A stretch of 64,000 bases of DNA from IMG/VR virus record IMGVR_UViG_3300037418_002962, positions 90,650 to 154,649 of that record, one strand, 5' to 3'. A program made the translations under genes and the position numbers. The notes beneath the pieces are model-generated. The model did not search any database. It was not told the origin of the DNA and saw nothing but the letters and a program-made list of their open reading frames with translations. Numbering within the stretch: position 1 is the stretch's first letter; each line of letters starts with the position of its first letter. This DNA comes from a virus (lineage: Duplodnaviria; Heunggongvirae; Uroviricota; Caudoviricetes). Of the stretch, positions 49,474 to 58,958 are shown piece by piece.

Positions 49474-50559
49474 ATGATAAAGAAAACTGAAACAGTAAAA
49501 GAAGATATGACTCCAGCACAGGCAAGTCTAACTCCAGCTTCACATCCAACTGGTCAGGATCTTGATCCAACTCGTAATGCCATGATGGCCTATGCCATTC
49601 AGGTAATGGGTGGACTAGAAAAAGGCGATCTTTCCCGTTTCCTAGAATCTCTTGCCCAGATTGGACAGGAAACAGCAGTTCTTCCACCAACAGCAGATGC
49701 AAATGCAAATCTATCAACAATTGCTGCAAAGCCATCTGATGCAGTTAAGGAAGATGTTGCTCTTCTTTTTGCTGGTGAAGATCTTACTGAAGACTTCAAG
49801 AATAAAGCAGCTTCCCTAGTAGAAGATGCAGTAGCTGTAAGAGTTGCACTTGAGAAAGTAAAGCTTGATGAAGAATACACAAAGAATCTTGAGGAAGCTT
49901 ATAAGAAAGTAACCGAGATTGAAGAAGAATTCGAAACCAAGTTAGTAGAAGCCTGTGAAAATTATGAAAAGGAACTTTCTGAAAAGGTAGACGAATATCT
50001 AAATTATGTTGCTACTGAGTGGATGAAAGAAAATGAAATTGCTATTGAAGCTGGTATTAAAACAGAAATGACAGAAAGCTTCATGGAAGGTCTAAAGAAT
50101 CTTCTTACTGAGCATTATATCGATATTCCAGAAGATAAAGTAGATGTTTTATCTAATCTTTCAAGCAAAGTTGAAGAGCTAGAAGCAAAGCTAAATGAAT
50201 CTGTAAATGAAGTTATCGAGCTAAAGAAAGAAGCTCTTAACGTCCAGAAGGGTTCAATCGTAGCAGAACTTGCAGAAGGTCTACTTGCAACTGAACAGGA
50301 AAAATTCAAGACACTTTCTGAGAGCATTGATTTCAATGGTGATACAGAGTCATTCAAGAAAAGACTTGCAGTTGTAAAAGAGAATTACTTTAAGAAAACT
50401 GTAACATCTGTAATTAATGATACCGTTATTACTGAAGATGTTGCTTATACAGAAGACGGTAAATTAGTAGAAACAATTGCTGAAGAGATTAAACCAACTG
50501 TACTAGAGCCAGTAATGAATAAGTACGTTAGCGCAATTTCTAGAGGTAAGAAACTCTAA
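49474..50559 (+). CDS. gp22: prohead core scaffold protein gp22
   Basis: 361 aa, Glu/Lys/Ala-rich predicted coiled coil, between gp21 and gp23. Confidence 0.7.
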   Translation: MIKKTETVKEDMTPAQASLTPASHPTGQDLDPTRNAMMAYAIQVMGGLEKGDLSRFLESLAQIGQETAVLPPTADANANLSTIAAKPSDAVKEDVALLFAGEDLTEDFKNKAASLVEDAVAVRVALEKVKLDEEYTKNLEEAYKKVTEIEEEFETKLVEACENYEKELSEKVDEYLNYVATEWMKENEIAIEAGIKTEMTESFMEGLKNLLTEHYIDIPEDKVDVLSNLSSKVEELEAKLNESVNEVIELKKEALNVQKGSIVAELAEGLLATEQEKFKTLSESIDFNGDTESFKKRLAVVKENYFKKTVTSVINDTVITEDVAYTEDGKLVETIAEEIKPTVLEPVMNKYVSAISRGKKL

Positions 50560-50570
50560 AAACTGAGAAA

Positions 50571-50578
50571 TATAAATA
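50571..50578 (+). promoter_or_regulatory. T4-type late promoter TATAAATA upstream of the major capsid gene
   Basis: Exact TATAAATA 44 nt upstream of ATG 50622; AAAGGAG RBS. Confidence 0.6.
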
Positions 50579-50621
50579 ATATTAACAAAAGCTTAAAAGG
50601 CATTAATTAAAGGAGAAAGCA

Positions 50622-51989
50622 ATGGCCGAATATATTACCGAGGAACTAGTTAGAAAGTGGAAGCCTGTTCTTGAGCATCAAGACCTTGCCCCAATTAAAG
50701 ATCCTCACAAGCGCGCAGTAACTGCAACTGCTCTTGAAATGACCGAACAGGCCATTGCAAAGGATGCTTCTTATAACCCAATGACCCTATCAGAAACTGC
50801 CCCAACTAACTCAGTTGCTTCTGGTGGTGTTGCTAACTTCGATCCAGTATTGATTAGCCTTGTTAGACGTTCTCTACCAAATCTAATTGCCTATGACATC
50901 TGCGGTGTTCAGCCAATGACAGGTCCAACTGGTCTAATCTTCGCAATGCGTTCACGTTACAATGATATGGCTAACACAGAAGCCCTATATACTGAAGCCA
51001 ACACTGCATGGTCAACTGTAGTTGATGGTTCCAATACTCAGGGTTCCAAGATGGTTGGTAATATTCCTGGTAATACCTCACAGGTTTCAAACCTTGCTGC
51101 TACTGGCCTATATAACTATGCTGGTGCAATGACTACAGCACAGGGTGAAGCTCTAGGTAGCTCTGGTAACGTTGCAATTCCACAGATGGCTTTCTCAATC
51201 GAAAAGGTTTCTGTAACTGCTGAAACTCGTGCTCTAAAGGCTGAATACTCAATCGAACTAGCACAGGATCTAAAAGCCATTCATGGTCTAGATGCTGAAA
51301 CAGAACTAAGCAATATTCTTTCTGCTGAAATTCTTGCTGAAATCAACCGTGAAGTTGTTCGTACCATTAACGTTGTTGCAACTCAGGGTGCAACAGAAGG
51401 TACAGTAACCTCAGGTATCTTCGATCTAGACACTGATTCAAATGGCCGTTGGTCAGTTGAGAAGTTCAAGGGTCTAATGTTCCAGGTAGAGCGTGAAGCT
51501 AACCAGATTGCCAAAGCTACTCGTAGAGGCAAAGGTAACATGATGATCTGTTCAAGTGATGTTGCTTCTGCACTTCAGATGGCTGGTGTTCTTGATTATA
51601 CTCCTGCTCTAGATGCAAATCAGCTAATGGTTGATGATACTGGCAATACTTTTGCTGGTGTTCTAAACGGTAGAATTCGTGTCTATATCGACCCATACGC
51701 TGGTGGTCAGAATCCTGCAGTTGGTCAGTATATGACTGTTGGTTTCAAGGGTGCTAATGCCTTCGATGCCGGTCTATTCTACTGCCCATATGTGCCACTC
51801 CAGATGGTTCGTGCAGTTGATCCAGGCAGCTTCCAGCCAAAGATTGGGTTTAAGACTCGTTATGGCATGGTAGCCAATCCATACGCACAGGGTAGTGCAA
51901 TCTTCGCACCAAATACATTCCCTGCAAATGGTCTAGTTGCTGATACAAATGTGTATTATCGGAGAGTACTCGTCACAAATCTCTTTTAA
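50622..51989 (+). CDS. gp23: major capsid protein gp23
   Basis: LVRKWKPVLEH and VRRSLPNLIAYDICGVQPMTGPTGLIFAMR match remembered T4 gp23 (LLNKWKPLLEG, VRRAIPNLIAFDICGVQPMNSPTGQVFALR); GC-enriched codon usage. Confidence 0.9.
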   Translation: MAEYITEELVRKWKPVLEHQDLAPIKDPHKRAVTATALEMTEQAIAKDASYNPMTLSETAPTNSVASGGVANFDPVLISLVRRSLPNLIAYDICGVQPMTGPTGLIFAMRSRYNDMANTEALYTEANTAWSTVVDGSNTQGSKMVGNIPGNTSQVSNLAATGLYNYAGAMTTAQGEALGSSGNVAIPQMAFSIEKVSVTAETRALKAEYSIELAQDLKAIHGLDAETELSNILSAEILAEINREVVRTINVVATQGATEGTVTSGIFDLDTDSNGRWSVEKFKGLMFQVEREANQIAKATRRGKGNMMICSSDVASALQMAGVLDYTPALDANQLMVDDTGNTFAGVLNGRIRVYIDPYAGGQNPAVGQYMTVGFKGANAFDAGLFYCPYVPLQMVRAVDPGSFQPKIGFKTRYGMVANPYAQGSAIFAPNTFPANGLVADTNVYYRRVLVTNLF

Positions 51990-52010
51990 TATCAACAACT
52001 TAGGTAAAGT

Positions 52011-52040
52011 AAAAAGGGGAACTTCGGTTCCCCTTTTTAT
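52011..52040. terminator. bidirectional intrinsic terminator between convergent genes
   Basis: AAAAAGGGGAAC-TTCG-GTTCCCCTTTTTATTT: 7-bp GC-rich stem, tetraloop, A-run 5' and T-run 3'. Confidence 0.75.
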
Positions 52041-53428
52041 TTGAGGATAAATCTGTAAGTTCCACAGTTCCAGATCCTTATAGCTCCTAAGGTATCCATA
52101 ATATCCTTTTCACTCATCTCTTTATTAAATTCCTTTAGCACTCTCTTTGTAAATTGAGTTCTGTTTACTCTTCTGTAGCAATTATCAACCAAATAAGAGT
52201 AGGCAGGAGGATTGATTTTTTCTAATAAAAATCCATTTTTCACATAAACATTTCCATTAGAATAACTAATATCAGCATAAGAGACAATAAAACCTTTATG
52301 TTCCTTTCTGAAGTTAGATAGTAACTTTGAAAATCCTCCTACAATATTACAGTTCATTTTGACCGAATATCTAACCAATTCCCAATCAACTTTTTTGTTA
52401 AAACGGGATTTCGAAAAGGACATTAGTGCTACCAGTTCATTTTTAAAGAACAATCCATTATAATATTTTGCCTTTGAAAATCCTTGAATATGATTTTCAT
52501 CAAGAAATTTTCTGGCATCATTATATTCTACAGAATTAACAACACAGTTTCTCGCAAATATCTTTCTGGAAGATTTTCCTAATTTATTAGAAATCATTGA
52601 TTTTACGATATCTTGTTTATATCTCCAGTCATCTTCCCAAATATGATAAAGCATAATGCCTTTATCCAGACAGGCTTTGGTTTTGTTGTAATGGTCTAAT
52701 TTACCTTTCCATATTTCAGAATGATAGTAAAGACCATTAAATTCATAAGCAATGTTTTTTGAAGGAATGAAAATGTCCAGTTCCCCTTTTATTAAATTCC
52801 TTACTGAGTGAGTTGCATCAGGACAAATCTCTTTTATGAACTCAAAGACTTCTTGCTCTGCCTTTGATCTTTTGTTGAATTTCCGAGGATAGCTATTAGA
52901 ATCTTTGGCAGGTATTCCATGCTTTTTAATAAAGATCTGAACGGTTGATAGAGAGGTTCCTAGCTTTTCAGCTATCTGTCTCATATCCATACCCTGATAC
53001 ATTTCTTCAATTTTAGATTTATCTTCCAAGATGAGTTTTACTTTATAGTCAGATTCGTTATATCTAACTTTAGGAAGATCATGAAGTTTGATATACTTTC
53101 TCACAGGAACAGGAGAAATCCCAAGTTCATCTGCAATAGTCTCTACAGATTTCTTTAGAGTGATCCTATGGTTGTAAAGCCAATCGTAATCCTTTAAGAG
53201 AATTTCTTTGTCTTTAGCAATAGTTTTATTGGCCCTTGAGCATTCAGGACCACAATACCGTGCAAACCCATTTCCAGGATACGCCTTATCATAGGTGGTA
53301 GGCTTTCCACATACACATTTCGGTATCTTATTTACTGAATCGATATTATTTGCTGTACAGTAAATAAGGAAAGGTTTTGGTAGCTTACATTTATAAATTT
53401 CAAAAAGAAACTCTAACTCAATGCTCAT
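52037..53428 (-). mobile_element. multidomain freestanding endonuclease (zinc finger + two HTH + Vsr/DUF559-like PD-(D/E)xK nuclease + unknown C-terminal domain), probable homing endonuclease
   Basis: CVCGKP...CGPEC zinc-binding; IADELGISPVPVRKYI and IAEKLGTSLSTVQIFI HTH-like; ELDIFIPSKNIAYEFNGLYYH = Vsr/DUF559 D..K.A.E..G..H motif. Confidence 0.5.
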
Positions 53429-53649
53429 TATCTATTTAGGCTGTCCTTAATGGCTGATGCCAGAAGGTAAATACACCATGTAGAATGATTGATCTTAGAG
53501 GGATCATCATCCCAAAAGCAATAGCCTTCACAATAATTGCAATCTAGATATGCATTCCTTCCTTTTTCCACTTCTGAAAAATGATTTGATGTGATTGCGT
53601 TACACAAAGCTTCAAGATCCTCTCTGGCTATCTGTACAGTATCACTCAT
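53428..53649 (-). CDS. hypothetical Cys-rich protein (73 aa)
   Basis: ORF track; ATGA coupling on both sides. Confidence 0.35.
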   Translation of the reverse strand: MSDTVQIAREDLEALCNAITSNHFSEVEKGRNAYLDCNYCEGYCFWDDDPSKINHSTWCIYLLASAIKDSLNR

Positions 53650-53801
53650 GGAAGCTCCCGATAAATCTTCTTATATGTCACAAGGATAAAGAACGCTACA
53701 CAAAACATCTCAAACCAATGGCTGGAAATATACCAACCTAGAGAGAAAATGCCAAGGGTTATCAGAGATGCTATCAGTCTATCTTTATTATTTTTGCTCA
53801 T
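53646..53801 (-). CDS. small single-pass membrane protein (51 aa; not in ORF track)
   Basis: MSKNNKDRLIASLITLGIFSLGWYISSHWFEMFCVAFFILVTYKKIYRELP; chained to both neighbours by ATGA overlaps. Confidence 0.3.
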   Translation of the reverse strand: MSKNNKDRLIASLITLGIFSLGWYISSHWFEMFCVAFFILVTYKKIYRELP

Positions 53802-54289
53802 AAAGAAATCTCTATCCCATATTTCTCCCTAACCCAATCAGGAATATTTCCATGAGTAGGAATATTAAAAGAACCATTAGGAGGAATCCAGACTTTCAAC
53901 ATTTCTGCAAATGCTAATTCTTTTGAATGATAATCATCTCCATAGACATCCCAGAATGAGCCAGTTCCAGGACCTTTAGAATACCTTAAGAATTTTGAAT
54001 TATCACTATCTTTCCAGTAATTATCAATAATTACGAAATTATCACCTTTAAAAATTGTTGTAGTAACCTCTCCTGTATCTTTGTTCCATAGAGCCTTGGT
54101 TGGAATAGGTAGATGTGAATTCCATCTAATGACACACCTTGTAGAAGTATCATCTTCAGCATATTTGGCTTTATACTCAGGAATAATTTCACATTCCCAT
54201 TGCCATTCCATACTAAAAAGAGATGCCAGAAGCCTATCCGAGATACCTAGAAGGCTGGAGATAGGATGCTTTGGAATGAATATTTTCAT
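53798..54289 (-). CDS. hypothetical protein (163 aa)
   Basis: ORF track. Confidence 0.4.
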   Translation of the reverse strand: MKIFIPKHPISSLLGISDRLLASLFSMEWQWECEIIPEYKAKYAEDDTSTRCVIRWNSHLPIPTKALWNKDTGEVTTTIFKGDNFVIIDNYWKDSDNSKFLRYSKGPGTGSFWDVYGDDYHSKELAFAEMLKVWIPPNGSFNIPTHGNIPDWVREKYGIEISL

Positions 54290-54597
54290 GGTTCAATAAT
54301 CTCCTTCAATTTCTCAAAGTTATTCACAATGAATTCTGATAGGTTATCAATAAAATTTTCCCTGCTATATCTTACGTCATCATTCCAATAATCATTTGTG
54401 TTCCATGGAAAAATTGTGATGTTCTCTCCCTGTAAAGAAGAAAAATCGCTATCCAAATGTCTAATATTTCTTATAAAGGTTCTGACTTCATTGTAAACTT
54501 CATACGTATCAAGCTCTTTATCACGCGCCTCTGCACTCCCCTTGCTTGCATGAAGAGAACCATCAGAAGCCCTAAACATTTTCACTTCATCAACCAT
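54286..54597 (-). CDS. hypothetical protein (103 aa)
   Basis: ORF track. Confidence 0.4.
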   Translation of the reverse strand: MVDEVKMFRASDGSLHASKGSAEARDKELDTYEVYNEVRTFIRNIRHLDSDFSSLQGENITIFPWNTNDYWNDDVRYSRENFIDNLSEFIVNNFEKLKEIIEP

Positions 54598-55162
54598 TTG
54601 TAAATTTCTCCTGCAGTTTTGGGAAAATTTCCTTGTGATAGAAAACTCTCCATTCCTGATAATTGTTAAACAATATCTTAACAGCTTTTAGCATATTTTT
54701 CCAGCTAATTCCTTCTGGTTCTAGAGTCTGACACCAAAACTTCTTCTGATGCTTCATAATGTTGGGATCATCATCAAAAATGACGTACCTATCAACCTCA
54801 GGATGCCTATTAAGCCATTCCTGAATCTGCTCTCCCCTGGAACCATCAAAGTCTGCAGTACACCAATCCTCATGGAATGTGCCAGTCCATCCAAAAAACT
54901 TCAGATGAGCTACCATTTCCTCAAAGGTATAAAACTTTCTCCAGCTTGAGCTAAGAACGAAAAAGGTATTGGAATCCGTCAGGGCATTGAGCAGGCCAAT
55001 CCCTTCCCGGTCCAGGGAGGACATTTCCCCATAAGCAGAAGCTTGGGCAAAATGGGATCTGAAGGTACACAGAACCCCATCGATATCAAGAAAAATAATT
55101 TTCAAAATAATTATCCTTTTTACAAGTAAATCCTTTATGTTGAATTTGTCCTCCAATCGCAA
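54590..55162 (-). CDS. HAD-superfamily phosphatase, possibly 5'(3')-deoxyribonucleotidase (NT5C-like)
   Basis: IIFLDIDGVLCTF = HAD motif I (hhhhDxDGVL); 190 aa fits the NT5C size. Confidence 0.45.
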   Translation of the reverse strand: MRLEDKFNIKDLLVKRIIILKIIFLDIDGVLCTFRSHFAQASAYGEMSSLDREGIGLLNALTDSNTFFVLSSSWRKFYTFEEMVAHLKFFGWTGTFHEDWCTADFDGSRGEQIQEWLNRHPEVDRYVIFDDDPNIMKHQKKFWCQTLEPEGISWKNMLKAVKILFNNYQEWRVFYHKEIFPKLQEKFTNG

Positions 55163-55361
55163 CTTTGTTCAATGCACTACGAGATAGATTATTCTTTTTA
55201 CAAAATTCTGACAAATTTCCAACTCTTATCTCATGCCCATCAGGAAAAGTTACAATATAAGAACAAGCATAAAGCTTACGTGAATACAGACCCTTTTTTG
55301 AATTTCTTTTGTTTCTCATAGAGTAAGCAGGAATATTTTCCAATAAAGAGAAATTTCTCAT
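55086..55361 (-). pseudogene. nuclease-less homing-endonuclease C-terminal DNA-binding module (remnant or standalone)
   Basis: VTFPDGHEIRVGNLSEFCKKNNLSRSALNKV...HKGFTC matches the C-termini of the HNH (6310-7020) and GIY-YIG (40664-41293) genes; no catalytic domain; overlaps the 3' end of the upstream gene. Confidence 0.4.
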
Positions 55362-55563
55362 ATCTTCACAACCATGGCTTTAGCTTCTTATTCAATCTAT
55401 TGGTTTCTGCTACCTTTTTCTCCTTATCTAGAATCCATTCTGGAGTTCTGATAAGATGTTCAGCCATACCTTCACATAGATTGCAAATGGTCTTATAATC
55501 AAGACACCTAGAGCAAACCCAATTTCCATCAGTTATAGACAAAATTACTCCTTCTACTTAAAT

Positions 55564-55640
55564 TTGGTGGGCCAGAGGAGACTCGAACTCCTAAACATTT
55601 GATTTTGAGTCAAATTGCTATACCAATTCGCATACTGGCC
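55564..55640 (-). tRNA. tRNA, apparent anticodon CAA (nominally Leu/UUG) but class-I structure (5-nt variable loop)
   Basis: Minus-strand GGGCCAG-TA-TGCG..GG..GCA-A-TTTGA-CTCAAAA-TCAAA-TGTTT-AGGAG-TTCGAGT-CTCCT-CTGGCCC-ACCA: 7-bp acceptor stem, GTTCGAGTC T-loop, U33, A37, encoded CCA. Confidence 0.75.
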
Positions 55641-55658
55641 CTTTAAATTGTATTTAAT

Positions 55659-55961
55659 CTAATCCAGTCCTAGAGCCTTTTTCTCTTCATCTGTAAGTTT
55701 GGCAAGAGCCTTCTGCTTAATCTCATGATTTTGTTTTTCAGTCATATCAGCCTCAGAAGACACAATATAATGCTCTTCAATTCTCCAATCACCATATTTT
55801 TGTGTAGACCATTTGGCCTTTCTTCCCATTATTCCAGTCTGTTTATCCATAAACTTTACACATTCTGCCCAATTATCCCAGATAGAATGCAAGAGCATTG
55901 GCCCTCTGCCTTCAGTCATATCGGAATTATAATACAGCCCATAAACAATTTTTTGTGACAT
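55659..55961 (-). CDS. hypothetical protein (100 aa)
   Basis: ORF track. Confidence 0.4.
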   Translation of the reverse strand: MSQKIVYGLYYNSDMTEGRGPMLLHSIWDNWAECVKFMDKQTGIMGRKAKWSTQKYGDWRIEEHYIVSSEADMTEKQNHEIKQKALAKLTDEEKKALGLD

Positions 55962-55962
55962 T

Positions 55963-57159
55963 TTACTTTACCTCCTTGCAACGGGAAAGAAGAGTAGCCT
56001 TCACTCCCTTATATTCGTCATGCTTCTTCACAGTGGCCTTAAGCTTTACAGTGGAACCAATCTCCAGATCCTTGGAGGTAGAGAACCACTTGAACTGATT
56101 CCCGTTCTCATCATACATCATATGGAGAGAAGAATGGCCGAAATCAGATTCAATCGGAATGATGGACTTTACAGTCAGGGTAAACTCAGAACGTTCTCCA
56201 ACAGTCCCAACCCAATCAGAAGCAGGAGCATTCTTGCGCTCTTCAATCTTGAGCAGTTCGCGACCATAGGCGAAAGGAATGGCAGCAACCAGACCATAAG
56301 CCCTCTCATTGACAAAGCCATGGCGGGTAACAGCCAGGAGGTTCATGAGAAAATCATTGGCAGTATTGGGGTCAATTTTGCTGGCCCAATCAATGGCATC
56401 TTCCGCAAACTTCCGATTCTCATCGGTAATCTTCAGGAATTTTTCGTAATACCGGGTAGAATCCTTGGTTTCTGCTACACCACGAAGAACCTGAACTGCT
56501 GTATAGCAAGTAGCCATCCTGCCATCAATATCTGCATTCTTCTTAGAAACCCAACCATATTCCTGAATTGCAGCATGGCAGGCAGAAACAAACTCAGTGA
56601 TTTCATAACCACTCCAGCTACCACCACCAATAAAATCCTCATGCTCTTCAAGGAACTCATTAAGAGCAGAAAGCATCGTGCAACGAGCAGCCATCTCATC
56701 AGCAGAGATATGACCAAGGAAATCGGCAATGCACTGCCTACCAACCTGGATATAACGTCCATCCTCATGATTCAGGACAAAGACATCCTTGCGCTGGCGC
56801 TTCTTACCGCAATGCTGGCAAGTGCTATCCGTATTGAAGTAGGAACGGGGAACCTCACAGCCAGGAACCGCCCGCACCAGATTGATACCGTCAAGAAGCT
56901 CAACAGAGGCAATTAGGGACCAACCATTGATCTTGGGAGGGGAACCAGCAACCGAGATGTTGACCATGGGAGTCTTGGCCTTCTTTTCGAAAGACTCGCC
57001 TTCAACAATCTTCAGCCTTCCCATAACCTCATAGAAAACTTCAGAGATTTCCAGGACAACAGGCTCCTGCCCAAGACGCTTTGCGCGCTTGTTCAGCTTG
57101 GCAACATGCTCCTGAATACGGGAGAGATTTTCAACCGGAATTTTGTAGGAGTTGGTCAT
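55963..57159 (-). CDS. hypothetical protein (398 aa) on a GC-rich (about 50%) island
   Basis: Long ORF with a Cys cluster (CQHCGKK...GRQC); composition very different from the flanking 30% GC DNA. Confidence 0.5.
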   Translation of the reverse strand: MTNSYKIPVENLSRIQEHVAKLNKRAKRLGQEPVVLEISEVFYEVMGRLKIVEGESFEKKAKTPMVNISVAGSPPKINGWSLIASVELLDGINLVRAVPGCEVPRSYFNTDSTCQHCGKKRQRKDVFVLNHEDGRYIQVGRQCIADFLGHISADEMAARCTMLSALNEFLEEHEDFIGGGSWSGYEITEFVSACHAAIQEYGWVSKKNADIDGRMATCYTAVQVLRGVAETKDSTRYYEKFLKITDENRKFAEDAIDWASKIDPNTANDFLMNLLAVTRHGFVNERAYGLVAAIPFAYGRELLKIEERKNAPASDWVGTVGERSEFTLTVKSIIPIESDFGHSSLHMMYDENGNQFKWFSTSKDLEIGSTVKLKATVKKHDEYKGVKATLLSRCKEVK

Positions 57160-57237
57160 TTCTCAAATCCTTGTTTCAATCAACAAAGATAATATAACCA
57201 ACTCCTACTGTGATGTCAATAGATTCAGAAATTATTT

Positions 57238-57419
57238 TTACGGTTCTCGAACGAGAGTAGCCTTATCCCCATCCCAATTTTCTTCATAAATGTATTTCCG
57301 CCGACCACTACCAGAATCATAGCTATCGGAAAGTTCTTTGGCATCCTTTAGATGTCTAAAATGCCAAACATGCGGTGCGATATTCGGATTTAGACCCATG
57401 ATAACAACAATGTACATTT
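57238..57419 (-). CDS. small hypothetical protein (60 aa; MYIVVIMGLNP start with AAGGAG RBS)
   Basis: Internal ATG of track ORF 57238-57612; upstream gene stops 2 nt before it. Confidence 0.35.
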
Positions 57420-57421
57420 CC

Positions 57422-57892
57422 TCACTCCTTGAAATTTGTATTTGAAAAAGTCTGAATATTTTCAAGAACTTCTTCATGTTTAGCATAAAGTTCCAGGATA
57501 TAATCCCTAACCTCAAGAGCCTTTTCCTTGGAAATCCAGATGAAGTTTTTATCACACTTCCTACCCATCTGAGTAGACATAGCGATAAAATATCCATCAA
57601 AATAGTAAGCATAATAGCCTACTACCGAATCAGTACACAACCATGTAGCGATAGGATATGCCTTAAGCCTTTTATTGAATTCATCATCTGCTTCCTTGTT
57701 CCAAAAATAACCTAGGCCAGTTTCAAGTTCCGATACAAAACTCTCCATATTGACCCAATATTCTGGATTATTCAGATCTACCCGAGCCTTGATGGCTTCA
57801 ATAACATCATCAGAGGAAAAGATTTTTTCCATAACCGCCTTTGCTGCAGCAGTTTCCTCATTGTATCGCTTAACTGATTCTTCCCATGACAT
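57422..57892 (-). CDS. hypothetical protein (156 aa)
   Basis: ORF track. Confidence 0.4.
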   Translation of the reverse strand: MSWEESVKRYNEETAAAKAVMEKIFSSDDVIEAIKARVDLNNPEYWVNMESFVSELETGLGYFWNKEADDEFNKRLKAYPIATWLCTDSVVGYYAYYFDGYFIAMSTQMGRKCDKNFIWISKEKALEVRDYILELYAKHEEVLENIQTFSNTNFKE

Positions 57893-57904
57893 ATTCAGAT
57901 CTCC

Positions 57905-58330
57905 TTAATTTTCATTGCGTTCAGCAGGAAGTTCTACCTTAAGGCCAAAATTTACCTCAGTACGTATATGAACAGCATATATCTCTTTGATAATATTATA
58001 AAAATCATCAAAGTTAGGACCCAGAGTGGGAGAAAACATCAACCTATTAGAACCAAAATCCTTCACAACCTTAAGTTCTAAAAGCTTCTGGCATAAAGCA
58101 TCTCCCGTCATATAGATATTAGTATCATGCTTGAGTTCACTCATAAGTTCGTAAACTTCATCCAGGTCCCATTCAAGGCCATCAATTTTAATGGTGCGGA
58201 CAGGAGGGGGAGTCCTGCTACTCAAGGAAAGCTTAATTTTCATCTTTGGAATTCCTCTTTTTACGTTTATAGACACGCTTACTCGCGACAATCCTTTGAC
58301 GAAAAAGATTGTCGCGCAAAGCTTTAGCAA
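57905..58330 (-). CDS. hypothetical protein (141 aa)
   Basis: ORF track. Confidence 0.4.
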   Translation of the reverse strand: MLKLCATIFFVKGLSRVSVSINVKRGIPKMKIKLSLSSRTPPPVRTIKIDGLEWDLDEVYELMSELKHDTNIYMTGDALCQKLLELKVVKDFGSNRLMFSPTLGPNFDDFYNIIKEIYAVHIRTEVNFGLKVELPAERNEN

Positions 58331-58415
58331 TAGGATTCTTCTTAGGCTTCAGTTTCATAATGAAGCCATTATACAGATTATTTTGCCCCATTGCAATAGC
58401 AAAGAAAGAATATTT

Positions 58416-58958
58416 TTATGCAGCCAAAAGGTTGAACTCCTTGGAAAGGTAACACTTCCTTCCAGTCTTTTCCTTGTGCCATTTGTTCATAAGCAAAACT
58501 TCATTGTAAAGAGCTTCATTTTCCCAAGGCCATTCATAATATTCTGAATTGTCAATATCATAAAGCCTATCTTCCCAATAAAAATTATTATCAGTGATCT
58601 TATGCTTAAGTCTCCCTGTCATATATTGAGACAGATGAGTTAGCTCATGCATCACGGTAGAGTGAAAAATTTTTTCTTCCTGGTTATTCGAGATGAAAAT
58701 TTCAAATTCCCGAGGCTTAACCCCTCTATCAACCCATAGGCAGATCCCTGCCAAATCTTCCATGGTTAGGCCAGGGACATCATCCTTGGTTATCCTCTTT
58801 GTAATGTTCAATGTTAAAAACAACTTATCAATTAAATTTTGAGTGATAACCTTAGGAATTGTCCATTCAATTATCTCTTCAATTACCGCTCTCTGGAGCT
58901 TCGTTCCACCAGAAATGTCAAATTGCATTCTGGCCTCTATCATAAGAGGTAAAGACAT
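58416..58958 (-). CDS. putative zinc metallopeptidase (HExxH; SprT/WLM-like size)
   Basis: VMHELTHLSQY = HExxH zincin motif; 180 aa. Confidence 0.4.
   Translation of the reverse strand: MSLPLMIEARMQFDISGGTKLQRAVIEEIIEWTIPKVITQNLIDKLFLTLNITKRITKDDVPGLTMEDLAGICLWVDRGVKPREFEIFISNNQEEKIFHSTVMHELTHLSQYMTGRLKHKITDNNFYWEDRLYDIDNSEYYEWPWENEALYNEVLLMNKWHKEKTGRKCYLSKEFNLLAA

Noticed and set aside
55365-55548. Apparent Cys-rich Zn-ribbon ORF between the tRNA and the endonuclease fragment
   Set aside because: On careful re-reading of the reverse complement, the reading frame breaks after 33 codons (my first translation had inserted a base); no convincing ORF longer than 35-45 aa remains
56020-56916. 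298-aa plus-strand ORF antisense to the 398-aa GC-rich gene
   Set aside because: High GC suppresses stop codons on the antisense strand; it is flanked by minus-strand genes only and lacks an RBS; kept only as evidence for the GC anomaly
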